Positions 19,519-28,908 of a DNA stretch of 64,000 bases are shown one piece after another. Under the pieces are notes generated by a model. The model did no database searches, was not told where the DNA came from, and saw only the letters and a list, made by a program, of their open reading frames with translations. Positions within the stretch are counted from its first letter, which is position 1. Each line of letters starts with the position of its first letter. Made by a program: the position numbers and the translations under genes. The stretch comes from Myxococcota bacterium (GTDB lineage: Bacteria; Myxococcota_A; SURF-8): positions 1,248,001-1,312,000 of the forward strand of contig CAXXQS010000001.1 in the NCBI GenBank assembly GCA_963674735.2, read 5' to 3'.

Positions 19519-22500
19519 TGGAAACTAGCAACCAAGCGGCGCAACGCCGCCGATTCGAGCGTAAAAAATTAGGATTTTCGGGCGGAATCGCGGCAGCCTT
19601 TCAGAATAGCAAGCTCACGCCTTTACTGATCGCAGCCGCGCTGTTTCTTGGCGTTTTCGCCACCTCGATTACCCCGCGTGAAGAAGAACCGCAAATTATC
19701 GTGCCGATGGTGGATATCTTCGTTCAGGCGCCCGGACTGAGCGCGACCGAAGTCGAGCAATTGGTCTCGACACCCATGGAAAAGCTGCTATGGGAAATCC
19801 CCGGGCTCGACGACGTTTATACGACTTCCAGGCCCAATATGTCCATGGCGATTCTGCGATTCGATGTCGGTGAGGACGAAGAAGATAGCCTGGTCAAGGT
19901 ATACAACAAACTCAACAGCAACATGGACCGCATCCCCATCGGTGTGACCCAGCCTTTGATCAAATTGAAAGGCATCGATGATGTGCCGGTGATGGCCATT
20001 ACGTTGCATTCGAAAGAATACGACCATTACATGCTGCGTCAGGTGGCGGGTGAGGTGGCCACCGAGTTGAAAAAAGTGGATGAGGTCAGTGAAGTCAACA
20101 TTATGGGCGGGCAGAAACGTCAGATCCGAGTGGCGGTCGACCCCGATCGCCTCGAAGGCCACACGATCTCACCCCTGCAGGTGTACCAGGCTCTAGGACG
20201 CGATAATAGTAATTTGTCGGCCGGGGCTTTTGACCGTGGCGACATGAATTTCCTGGTCGAAGTGGGAGATTTCTTCAGATCGGCACGGGATGTGGAACAA
20301 ACCATCGTAGCCGTCTATAACGAGAAACCGGTTTACTTGGCCGATGTCGCCACCGTTACCGACGGCGTGGAAGAAGTCAAAACCTACGTGTTTCATCGAG
20401 ACGGTTTGGGGAGCGGAAACGCGACGGCTGTCGGCTCTGTTGAGGAGATGATGGCGGATGAAGCTGCCGTTACCATCGCCATCGCCAAACGTCGTGGGGC
20501 GAATGCCACCTGGCTGACCGAAACATTGACCGAGAGGCTGGACTCTTTGAAAGGCTCGGTAATCGTTTCGGGCATCGAGGCTACGGTTACACGCGATTAC
20601 GGCAAAACCGCCGAGGAAAAATCGAACGAACTAATCTTTCATATGCTTTTAGCCACGTTGTCTGTGGTGTTTTTGATGTGGCTGTTTTTGGGGATTAAAG
20701 AGGCATTGGTTGTCTTGGTGGCCGTTCCGGTGACTCTGGCATTAACCCTCTTTGCCAGTTATTTCTTCGGTTACACCCTCAATCGAGTCACATTGTTCGC
20801 TCTAATTTTCGCCATCGGCATTTTGGTGGACGATGCCATCGTGGTTGTCGAAAACATCCACCGGCATTTCCGTATGAAATGGGGAGAATTGGACGTTATG
20901 ACGCCCTTCGCGGTTGACGAGGTGGGCAATCCGACCATTCTCGCCACCTTCACCGTGATTTTCGCTTTGATGCCCATGGCGTTTGTCAGCGGTATGATGG
21001 GCCCCTATATGAGTCCGATTCCCATCAACGCATCGGCGGCCATGCTGTTCAGTTTGGTGGTCGCCTTCGTGGTTACGCCTTGGATGACCAAACGCCTGTT
21101 GGCATTTTCTGAGCGTCGTGCACAGGCTAAGGGAGTTATTCCCGGGACGGATGAAGATGATCACGAGGACAGCGGGAAAATCGGGCGTGTTTATCGTAAG
21201 CTGATTGAGCCGCTGGTGGATCGCCCTCTGTTGCGCTGGGGTGCGCTTGTAGGCGTCGTCTTGTTGCTACTTGCTTCGGTTGGGCTTCTCTATGTGCGAG
21301 CGGTCAAAGTCAAGATGCTGCCGCATGATAACAAGTCGGAATTCCAGGTGGTAATCGACACGGAAGAGGGCACCACTCTTGAACGTACGGCCGCCATAAC
21401 GCGCGAAATTGCCGATGCTCTGGCGAAGGAACCGGTCGTGCGCGATATGCAGATGTACGTGGGCACCGCCGCACCGATCAACTTTAACGGCTTGGTACGT
21501 CATTACTTTTTGCGGCAGGGTCCAAACGTGGCCGATATTCAGGTGAATTTGGTCGAGAAGCATGCACGCAGTGACAAGAGTCACGACATCAGCAAGCGCC
21601 TGCAGCCGATCATTGCACGCATTGGTCAACGCTACAACGCATCGACGTTGATGGCCGAGGTGCCGCCTGGACCCCCCGTATTGTCAACCATGCAAACAGA
21701 AATCTACGGGCCCGACCCGCAGGGACAGCTTGAATTGGCCGGTCAAATCAAGGACTTGTTCGAAGCGTCGCCCAATATCGTCGATGTGGACTGGTATGTC
21801 GAAAACAACCAGCCCGAATTTAAGCTAACCGTCGACAAAGCCAAAGCGGCGCTTTCCGGCGTGACCACCGAGCAGATTACCCACACCATCGGTCTGGCGC
21901 TTTACGGCAAAGCAGCCGGTCTGCTTTATACCGAGCGCGACCGCGAACCGGTGGAAGTAATGGTGCAGGTACCCAGCGGGCAGCGTTCATCCATCGATGC
22001 GCTGGCCGACATCAAAGTTCATGGGACGAACGGCCGCATGGTGGCTATACGCGAGCTGGTCAAGCAGAACCTGAGTGCGGAAGACCGTTTCATCTATCAC
22101 AAAAATCTGCGGAGAGTGGTTTACGTCACCGGCGAGGTGGGGGGGCAGGGCGAGAGCCCGGTATACGCGATCCTCGATACGATGCCCGAAGTCGATAAAA
22201 TCACCGCACCCGACGGCAAGTCGGTTGCACAACTCATGAACGGCATGCCCGGCTCGGAAGAAGGCTATACGCTTAAATGGGATGGTGAATGGCAGATTAC
22301 CTACGAAGTGTTCCGTGATATGGGTATCGCTTTCGCCGTGGTACTGTTGCTGATGTACATCCTGGTGGTGGCATGGTTCAAGAGCTTCCTGACTCCCGTG
22401 ATTATCATGCTGCCAATTCCCCTTACTCTGATCGGTATTTTGCCCGGTCATTGGTTGACCGACACCTACTTTACCGCCACCAGTATGATCGGTTTCATCG

Positions 22501-22802
22501 CACTTGCGGGGATTATCGTTCGTAATTCCATCCTGCTGGTCGATTTCATCGAGCAGGAACTGGAGGCAGGGACGCCGTTGCGGGAAGCAGTGCTGGAAGC
22601 CGGGGCCATTCGTTTTCGCCCGATCTTTCTGACGGCGGCCGCTCTGGTTGTGGGTGGAGCGGTGATCTTGCTCGATCCCATTTTCAGTGGATTGGCGGTC
22701 AGTCTGATTTTCGGTGTCGTTATCGCCACCCTGTTGACCTTGGTGGTCATTCCATTGATCTACTACATGGTGCGCCTCCGCACCATCGAGACTTCGGTTT
22801 GA
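19518..22802 (+). CDS. RND efflux permease (AcrB/AcrD/AcrF family)
   Basis: 1094 aa. PREEEPQI, GILVDDAIVVVENI, GIIVRNSILLVDF, RFRPIFLT. Confidence 0.95.
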   Translation: METSNQAAQRRRFERKKLGFSGGIAAAFQNSKLTPLLIAAALFLGVFATSITPREEEPQIIVPMVDIFVQAPGLSATEVEQLVSTPMEKLLWEIPGLDDVYTTSRPNMSMAILRFDVGEDEEDSLVKVYNKLNSNMDRIPIGVTQPLIKLKGIDDVPVMAITLHSKEYDHYMLRQVAGEVATELKKVDEVSEVNIMGGQKRQIRVAVDPDRLEGHTISPLQVYQALGRDNSNLSAGAFDRGDMNFLVEVGDFFRSARDVEQTIVAVYNEKPVYLADVATVTDGVEEVKTYVFHRDGLGSGNATAVGSVEEMMADEAAVTIAIAKRRGANATWLTETLTERLDSLKGSVIVSGIEATVTRDYGKTAEEKSNELIFHMLLATLSVVFLMWLFLGIKEALVVLVAVPVTLALTLFASYFFGYTLNRVTLFALIFAIGILVDDAIVVVENIHRHFRMKWGELDVMTPFAVDEVGNPTILATFTVIFALMPMAFVSGMMGPYMSPIPINASAAMLFSLVVAFVVTPWMTKRLLAFSERRAQAKGVIPGTDEDDHEDSGKIGRVYRKLIEPLVDRPLLRWGALVGVVLLLLASVGLLYVRAVKVKMLPHDNKSEFQVVIDTEEGTTLERTAAITREIADALAKEPVVRDMQMYVGTAAPINFNGLVRHYFLRQGPNVADIQVNLVEKHARSDKSHDISKRLQPIIARIGQRYNASTLMAEVPPGPPVLSTMQTEIYGPDPQGQLELAGQIKDLFEASPNIVDVDWYVENNQPEFKLTVDKAKAALSGVTTEQITHTIGLALYGKAAGLLYTERDREPVEVMVQVPSGQRSSIDALADIKVHGTNGRMVAIRELVKQNLSAEDRFIYHKNLRRVVYVTGEVGGQGESPVYAILDTMPEVDKITAPDGKSVAQLMNGMPGSEEGYTLKWDGEWQITYEVFRDMGIAFAVVLLLMYILVVAWFKSFLTPVIIMLPIPLTLIGILPGHWLTDTYFTATSMIGFIALAGIIVRNSILLVDFIEQELEAGTPLREAVLEAGAIRFRPIFLTAAALVVGGAVILLDPIFSGLAVSLIFGVVIATLLTLVVIPLIYYMVRLRTIETSV

Positions 22803-22827
22803 AAAGTGAAAAGAAACGGAGGAAAGC

Positions 22828-23130
22828 ATGAAATTACTCATGATCATTCTTGATGAATCGGTTAAAGACGATGTAGAGGCGATTTTGGATCGCCACGGAG
22901 TCAAAGGATACAGCGAAATCCCTATGGTATTGGGAGAAGGCCTGAGCGGAAAGAAACTGGCCAGTCGCCTGCACCCGGGAGCCAACAGCATCGTTTTCAC
23001 GATTATCAATGACAATAAGCTGGACGAAATCAAAGTCGACCTTATGACCACTTGCACGGGTAGCCTGGATGACCCGCATTGCCCCAAACCGATCCATATT
23101 GCGGTTTTGAATGTGGAAGAATTTTTTTAA
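22828..23130 (+). CDS. PII-like transporter-associated protein (PG0541-like)
   Basis: 100 aa, GGAGG RBS, MKLLMII..VEAILDRHGVKGYS..VLGEG..HPGANS PII-fold pattern directly after the RND gene. Confidence 0.75.
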   Translation: MKLLMIILDESVKDDVEAILDRHGVKGYSEIPMVLGEGLSGKKLASRLHPGANSIVFTIINDNKLDEIKVDLMTTCTGSLDDPHCPKPIHIAVLNVEEFF

Positions 23131-23157
23131 ACCTAGGACCGAACAGGAGACGATATC

Positions 23158-23364
23158 ATGGTGGTTAACGATTACCTTCGCGCCATCGCCGGTTTCTTCA
23201 TCGTATTAAGCGTTGGACTGGGAGTTTGGGTGACACCTTGGGCGTTGGCCTTTACTGCCTTTGTCGGGCTTAACCTTTTTCAGTCGGCCTTTTCGAAGAG
23301 TTGTCCGATGATTGCGCTTCTACGAAAGCTCGGTGTTCCCGACAGTCGTCCCGATGGGGGATAA
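23158..23364 (+). CDS. DUF2892 / YgaP-like small membrane protein
   Basis: 68 aa, LRAIAG..FTAFVGLNLFQSAF..CPM..LLRKLG signature, AGGAG RBS. Confidence 0.85.
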   Translation: MVVNDYLRAIAGFFIVLSVGLGVWVTPWALAFTAFVGLNLFQSAFSKSCPMIALLRKLGVPDSRPDGG

Positions 23365-23394
23365 CCGGTGTAGCTGTTTTAGTGATAATGTAGG

Positions 23395-23437
23395 AAACGC
23401 CCTCCGATCCGTTGTTGCGCGGGTTGGAGGGCGTTTT
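23395..23437 (+). terminator. Intrinsic terminator of the efflux operon
   Basis: aaacgccctccgatccg / cgggttggagggcgtttt inverted repeat. Confidence 0.7.
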
Positions 23438-23607
23438 GCGTGTATTCCACTCGGATTGGGAATGTGAGCTTCGGCGCAAAGGGATCTTGAATAGCAGGAC
23501 GAACTCAGCTATTCTTGCGATCATACTGTCGAAGAGTAATGGAATGCCTTTTAGGACAAGCGCAGAGGTACTATATCATTCCCCAGGCTCAAACGAAAGA
23601 TCGCAAG

Positions 23608-24771
23608 ATGAAAGCATTGGAAAAAATCGGGTTGACCAAACTAGGATTCCCTACCTTCGGATTGGATCGTCTGGCGAGCTTGAAACCAGCGGACATCCTG
23701 AACTTGGATGTCAATCCCTTGCGGCTGATTTCCCGCAAAGCCGGCGACTCTCCCGGAACGGTTGCACATGTGGGGCGTAAAAAAGTCGAGCAAGTGCGCA
23801 TTTCCATTGTCGACTACGATGCGGAAAAACTGGAAACCGTCGAGGTTGCCGATCTCAATTCCATTGCGGCCTTTCGCGAGCAACCGACGGTCACTTGGTT
23901 GACAGTTGCGGGGCTGCACGATGTGGCGACATTGAAAGAAGTGGGGGAATCGTTTGGCATACACGCCCTCACGCTGGAAGATATCGCCAACACCACCCAT
24001 CGTCCCAAAATGGACACTTTCGATGATTACCTGTTTGTTGTCGGAAAATTTCTTAAATTCAATAACGAGGCTCAAAGGCTAGAAATCGAGCAATTGAGCC
24101 TGATCCTAGGGCGCGAATTTCTCTTGGTCGCTCAAGAAGATAACGACAACCTGTTCGGCGGTGTGCTCGATCGGCTGACACAATCGCGTGGGCGAATCCG
24201 CAAACGCGGTCCGGATTATCTGGCATATACGTTGCTGGACGCGATCGTGGATCATTACTTGGTGGCGGTGGAATCTTTCGGCGATTTAATGGATGATCTG
24301 CAGACGCGATTGCTCAAACAGCCCGACCGCGCGATTCAAAATGAAATATTTCATCTGCGTGAGCAAATCCTATGGGTGTCGAAAGCCGTGGCTCCCATGC
24401 GTGAAATCGTGCGTGAACTCATCAATAGCGAATCGGACCTGATTCAGGAAGAGACCTTGCCGTTTATGCGCGATGTGCACGACCACATGATGCAGGTGGT
24501 GGATGCGCTGGATCATTTCAAGGAAAGTGTAAACTCCCTGTTGGAGCTTTACCACACCACCGTCAGTAATCAAATGAACGACATCATGAAGGTGCTCACC
24601 ATTATCGCCACTATCTTCATCCCACTCTCGTTCATCGCCGGGGTTTACGGAACCAACTTCAAATACATTCCGGAACTTGAGTGGAACTGGGGCTATTTCG
24701 GCATGCTGGGACTGATGGCGCTGACGGCCGGAGGCATGCTGGTGTACTTCTGGCGTAAACGCTGGTTTTAG
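23608..24771 (+). CDS. corA: CorA-family Mg/Co transporter
   Basis: LTLEDIANTTHRPK, DYLAYTLLDAIVD, MNDIMKVLTIIATIFIPLSFIAGVYGTNF..PEL. Probable start is ATG 23608 rather than TTG 23515. Confidence 0.92.
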   Translation: MKALEKIGLTKLGFPTFGLDRLASLKPADILNLDVNPLRLISRKAGDSPGTVAHVGRKKVEQVRISIVDYDAEKLETVEVADLNSIAAFREQPTVTWLTVAGLHDVATLKEVGESFGIHALTLEDIANTTHRPKMDTFDDYLFVVGKFLKFNNEAQRLEIEQLSLILGREFLLVAQEDNDNLFGGVLDRLTQSRGRIRKRGPDYLAYTLLDAIVDHYLVAVESFGDLMDDLQTRLLKQPDRAIQNEIFHLREQILWVSKAVAPMREIVRELINSESDLIQEETLPFMRDVHDHMMQVVDALDHFKESVNSLLELYHTTVSNQMNDIMKVLTIIATIFIPLSFIAGVYGTNFKYIPELEWNWGYFGMLGLMALTAGGMLVYFWRKRWF

Positions 24772-24904
24772 GACAGCCGACAAGCGATTCCAAGCCCGGA
24801 TCACGGTTTCGTGCGTCCGGGCTTTCAAAGGCGCAAGGCGACCGGTCTGACGTCCAGGCCGCGTTTCTCCGTGATTGTACCGGTCCCTTGTTCCATTCCG
24901 CCAA

Positions 24905-26665
24905 TCAGCGGTTAAGAATCTCCAACAGCGCGCGTGAGGCTTCGGCCGGACCTTGCGACTCGAAACCGGGAATGCCGAGGCGTGTACGCATTTGGCCGAT
25001 GAAAGCTCCGCTTTCCATGGCCGCCTGGAAAGTGCGCCGGGCCAATTCGTCGTGGATGTCCCGGTATTCGGGAGGACCGAAGATATTGGCGAAATAGCTG
25101 TGATTCAGACCGGTTGAAGTGGTGGTGCCTTTCGACATGGCCGCTCCATCGGCGAAAACATCGCGGGCCTGTTCCGCAGAGGAAAAAGGCTCGATCAAGG
25201 GGTGCTTTTCGTCGACATCCTCGTAATTGTTTGCATAAAGCAGGTAGTCGACCGGATAGCCATGCAAGACTTCATCCAGCGTGGTAACCGGCAAAATCAC
25301 ACGGGCGTTGGTCTGGTGTGGGCTCATGATAATGGCGCGATCGATCTGGCCGAAGGCGTACCCTTGCTGTAGATCATCCAGGCGGATAAAGGCCCCGGTT
25401 TCGGTGCCGTAACCAAGCACCTGACCTTCGGGGGATACTTCGAGCGAGCCCATGTCGTCGGCGATGATGGTAAGACCGCGGATATATTCCGCTCCCATCA
25501 GGCGCAGCGCTTCCAGTGTTTCGGATTTACCGGTGGCCGTATCGCCGATCAGCAGCAGATTGGCGGTTTTTCCATTGGTCAGATGGATGCGCGACATGGC
25601 TCCGTGAAAGGGCATCCGTCCGCGTTTCATCATCACGATATTATGCAGAGTGAGCACCATTTTCTTGACGTAGCCGAAGTACGCGAAGCGGTCTTCCAGG
25701 GGAACGAAACCCGCCAGAATGCCGTTTTCTTCATCATCGTAAAACACGGTGGGTTGATCGCCGAATTTGGACAAACTTTCGGTCGGAGCGCCGTATACGA
25801 ATATGGCGTCGGGGCGTTGCTCCAACTGTGCATCGGTGACCAGTTCGAACAAGTTGGCCATCGAGGCGGAAAGGCCAATGAAACGCTTGTGAAAATAGAC
25901 GTGGATGGTCAATGGGCCCACTTGGGCCGGAAAACACAAAAAACGCGACTTGTCGAGTTGCATGCCTTCGAGCGGATTGTCAGGGATGCGCACGAAGTTT
26001 CCGGACCGCTTGTTCATAGGAGGATTGAGAATCAAAGGTGGGTTGATCAGTATTTGCCGCAGCATGGGGATATCATACAACTCGACTGCGTATGGTGTGG
26101 GCAGGTTCGTCTCAACGGGGACGGCGATCATGCCCATATTGCAACCGGCAGTCACCTGGCGGTAAATGCTGGGGTGGTCCCCGCTCAGATTTTCGGAGAT
26201 ATCGCGATACAAGCCGCGCAGCATTTCTTGAAAAGCCTGCACTGTTACATTGAAGGCACGGTAGGGACGGCGTTCGTAAAAAGTGGTGCCGGGCTGGGAT
26301 TTCAAAATCATGTAACGATCGAAATTGCGCCAATAATCATATAGACCATCTACAAATCGTTGAATTTCACGTGTTTTATCGCTGAACGACTCCAGATCAT
26401 CCACCAAACGAAGACATTCAGGAAATGTATTTTTATGCAGACCAACGATGAGCTGAATAAATGCCTCCCGACCGCCTTTTGTGCGGATTGCCGGACTCAA
26501 ATCATCAAGAATCAATGCGTTTTGGGCGTCCAAAGTGGCAAGGTATTGATCGAGGAATTCACGGAATACACTAGAAGTAATAAGCTCTTCGCCGGATGGA
26601 CCGGCTAGGCTGAGCAACTCCATGATGATTTGATTGTCTTCTGTTTCGATTCGGGAAAAATCCAT
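24905..26665 (-). CDS. PEP carboxykinase-like protein (divergent, P-loop)
   Basis: 586 aa. YFGYVKK, PFHGAM, GDTATGKSET (kinase-1a), IIADDMG (kinase-2), NARV. GGAGG RBS. Confidence 0.7.
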   Translation of the reverse strand: MDFSRIETEDNQIIMELLSLAGPSGEELITSSVFREFLDQYLATLDAQNALILDDLSPAIRTKGGREAFIQLIVGLHKNTFPECLRLVDDLESFSDKTREIQRFVDGLYDYWRNFDRYMILKSQPGTTFYERRPYRAFNVTVQAFQEMLRGLYRDISENLSGDHPSIYRQVTAGCNMGMIAVPVETNLPTPYAVELYDIPMLRQILINPPLILNPPMNKRSGNFVRIPDNPLEGMQLDKSRFLCFPAQVGPLTIHVYFHKRFIGLSASMANLFELVTDAQLEQRPDAIFVYGAPTESLSKFGDQPTVFYDDEENGILAGFVPLEDRFAYFGYVKKMVLTLHNIVMMKRGRMPFHGAMSRIHLTNGKTANLLLIGDTATGKSETLEALRLMGAEYIRGLTIIADDMGSLEVSPEGQVLGYGTETGAFIRLDDLQQGYAFGQIDRAIIMSPHQTNARVILPVTTLDEVLHGYPVDYLLYANNYEDVDEKHPLIEPFSSAEQARDVFADGAAMSKGTTTSTGLNHSYFANIFGPPEYRDIHDELARRTFQAAMESGAFIGQMRTRLGIPGFESQGPAEASRALLEILNR

Positions 26666-26822
26666 ACTGCACCTCCATTTCCCCCAATTCAGTAATTATG
26701 AAGTCTGGATGATATTATCCATTAAATGAATACTCACTCATGTTAACGTATAAATAGAAACCTGTCAACTAGTATGCAATGAATTGCTTTTAGGATTAGC
26801 GAGTTGATTTAAGGGCGGCCAA

Positions 26823-26851
26823 TTGACATCCGTTCTTCCTAGCCTCATAAT
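26823..26851 (+). promoter_or_regulatory. sigma70-type promoter
   Basis: TTGACA-17-CATAAT upstream of the methyltransferase. Confidence 0.55.
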
Positions 26852-26901
26852 CAATCTTATCTTGATGTGCCTACAACTTGTGCAAAAGAATCGTGGTTTC
26901 G

Positions 26902-27909
26902 ATGAAAGCTCTAACTAACCGACTGATCTTGTTTGGAAAAATTGCGAAACGGATGCGCTTTGCCGTTTCTGCGCAGTCCAATGCGGGGTTATCCTACATC
27001 CCGATCGAGCAACAGACGGACCCCAATGCGGACAACCTGCACATGGAGGACATCGAGAGTGCGTTGTTGAGCAGCAGCGTTTACAAAAACGCCAGCATCG
27101 GTCATCGAGAGTATATCGCTAAAGCGGTTTCTCGTTATGGTCGGATTTTGCAGGATATGCGGAAAAGTGGCCAGGCATTCAGTGGACCGACGCTGGATGT
27201 CGCGTCCGGTTACGGAATAATGTATCCGCTCTTCAAACGATATTTCCCCTCGATGTTGCCTTACCGCATCGCAGAATTGTTTGAAAACAGCGATCTGGAA
27301 ATAGACGAGGAACTAATTCCCTGTTTAAAATACGAATGCGAGCGAGATCGACTGCCGCTTGATGATGAAAGCTTGGGAGTGGTTGTGTTTTGCGATACGC
27401 TCGAACACCTGATCGTTGATCCTATGCACACCCTGATTGAGTTTAACCGTGTGCTTCGAGACGGCGGACATGTGGTTTTATCCACACCCAACGCTGCGGC
27501 GATTCAACGAGTCCGCGCCATTCTGGACGGGCGTAATCCGGCGACAGAGACCGCTTACAAGCCATGTGCCATTTATCAGCGGCACAACCGAGAATGGACA
27601 CCTGATGAGGTGGCGCGTGTGATGGAACTTTGTGGGTTTGGCGAAGTACATATCGGAACGGGTGTGGTGGAATCCGTGCCAGCCGCCCACCTTATGCGAG
27701 CAATGGGCAAGGTTCTAGGAATTCCTATGAAACCACTCAGTTATTTCGGCCCTGAGATTGTTTGTGTCGCACGCAAAACCGAGCATCTGCCACCGGTTGA
27801 GGAATGGCCGAAAGAGCGCCGCTGGCCGGAGTGGCTGTACACGAAACACGACACTTTCCGGAAACGCCCGAAAGTCTTCCCTATCAATGTGAGTGATGAT
27901 TTCTACTGA
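26902..27909 (+). CDS. Class I SAM-dependent methyltransferase
   Basis: LDVASGYG motif I, DTLEHL, RVLRDGGHVVLSTPN, RHNREWT. Start uncertain (TTG 26878 or ATG 26902). Confidence 0.85.
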   Translation: MKALTNRLILFGKIAKRMRFAVSAQSNAGLSYIPIEQQTDPNADNLHMEDIESALLSSSVYKNASIGHREYIAKAVSRYGRILQDMRKSGQAFSGPTLDVASGYGIMYPLFKRYFPSMLPYRIAELFENSDLEIDEELIPCLKYECERDRLPLDDESLGVVVFCDTLEHLIVDPMHTLIEFNRVLRDGGHVVLSTPNAAAIQRVRAILDGRNPATETAYKPCAIYQRHNREWTPDEVARVMELCGFGEVHIGTGVVESVPAAHLMRAMGKVLGIPMKPLSYFGPEIVCVARKTEHLPPVEEWPKERRWPEWLYTKHDTFRKRPKVFPINVSDDFY

Positions 27910-27959
27910 TTAGGAGCGCTTGGTCTCTACTCTAACCTTTGGGGGGGCTTGAATGTGCT

Positions 27960-28667
27960 CTAGCGTGCACGACCACGGCGGATACGCAGCCAAATCAGGA
28001 GCAGGCCGCCGATGATAACAACCCCGAGCTGTTCATATCGGCTGCTGAGACTGAGTGACTGGCAGTTCGCCACTCCACCTTCGACATAAGATGCCGGGTC
28101 GGAGATGCAACTTTGATCCAGGCAAATTTCAAATGACATGCAATCCGAGTCCAACGTGCAGAGTTCGGGGGCACACTTGCCGTCTTCACGGCAGATGAAG
28201 TCGTTGAAAATGCAATCAGAGTTCGTTTCGCAAAACTCGGGTACGCAATAGCCTTCGGGACGACAGAGATACCCGTCTCCACATTCATTGTCACTTTCGC
28301 AACCGGCATTGGTTGAGACACCTTCGCTGTCGCCGTCTTCGCTGTCGCCGTCCTCGCTGGCTTCACTTCCCTCAAGATCGATGTCACCATCTACTGTGAG
28401 TTGGTTGCAGAGGATACAGGCTTGCGCTTGATACGGATGGCAGCAGTAAACGTCCGGGCAATCGTAATCCGACGTGCAGTCCATATCGATATTGATTTCG
28501 CAGACGAGGCATAAACTGTCCTGACAGCACTCGCCAACTGAACAGTCCGTGTTGTCCGTGCAGGAACCCGCTTTTACGTCCGTCAGCCCAAGCGCAGGCC
28601 AAAGAAACAGGAACAAAGCGGCAAAATATACGACCAAAGGAACACGTTCCAGTTTATAACGGATCAT
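27960..28667 (-). CDS. Secreted Cys-rich protein with CxxDxDC repeats and a MYXO-CTERM-like tail
   Basis: Signal peptide, about 5 CxxxxDC/EC modules, DGD linker, GGVANC...TM-RIRRGRAR. Confidence 0.82.
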   Translation of the reverse strand: MIRYKLERVPLVVYFAALFLFLWPALGLTDVKAGSCTDNTDCSVGECCQDSLCLVCEINIDMDCTSDYDCPDVYCCHPYQAQACILCNQLTVDGDIDLEGSEASEDGDSEDGDSEGVSTNAGCESDNECGDGYLCRPEGYCVPEFCETNSDCIFNDFICREDGKCAPELCTLDSDCMSFEICLDQSCISDPASYVEGGVANCQSLSLSSRYEQLGVVIIGGLLLIWLRIRRGRAR

Positions 28668-28708
28668 GGGTGCTACCTTAACAGTGGAACATCGAAAAGA
28701 TCGGCCAA

Positions 28709-28737
28709 AGCTTATCGACGTCGGCGGGCAAAGTCAA
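28709..28737 (-). promoter_or_regulatory. sigma70-type promoter
   Basis: Minus strand TTGACT-17-TAAGCT, about 40 nt upstream of ATG 28667. Confidence 0.45.
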
Positions 28738-28908
28738 GCCTTTCCCGCATAACCCGACAACCGAGGTCGTGTAAGAGCTTCTGGTTGATTGTGCGGATCG
28801 CTTGATCTTGACGATCCAAACGAAATTCTTGGACGAATTTATATTGCTAACCTGTCTGTCCTTTGCTACGAAATAGGTTAGAGACTATGAGAACGTGAGG
28901 AGGATAGA

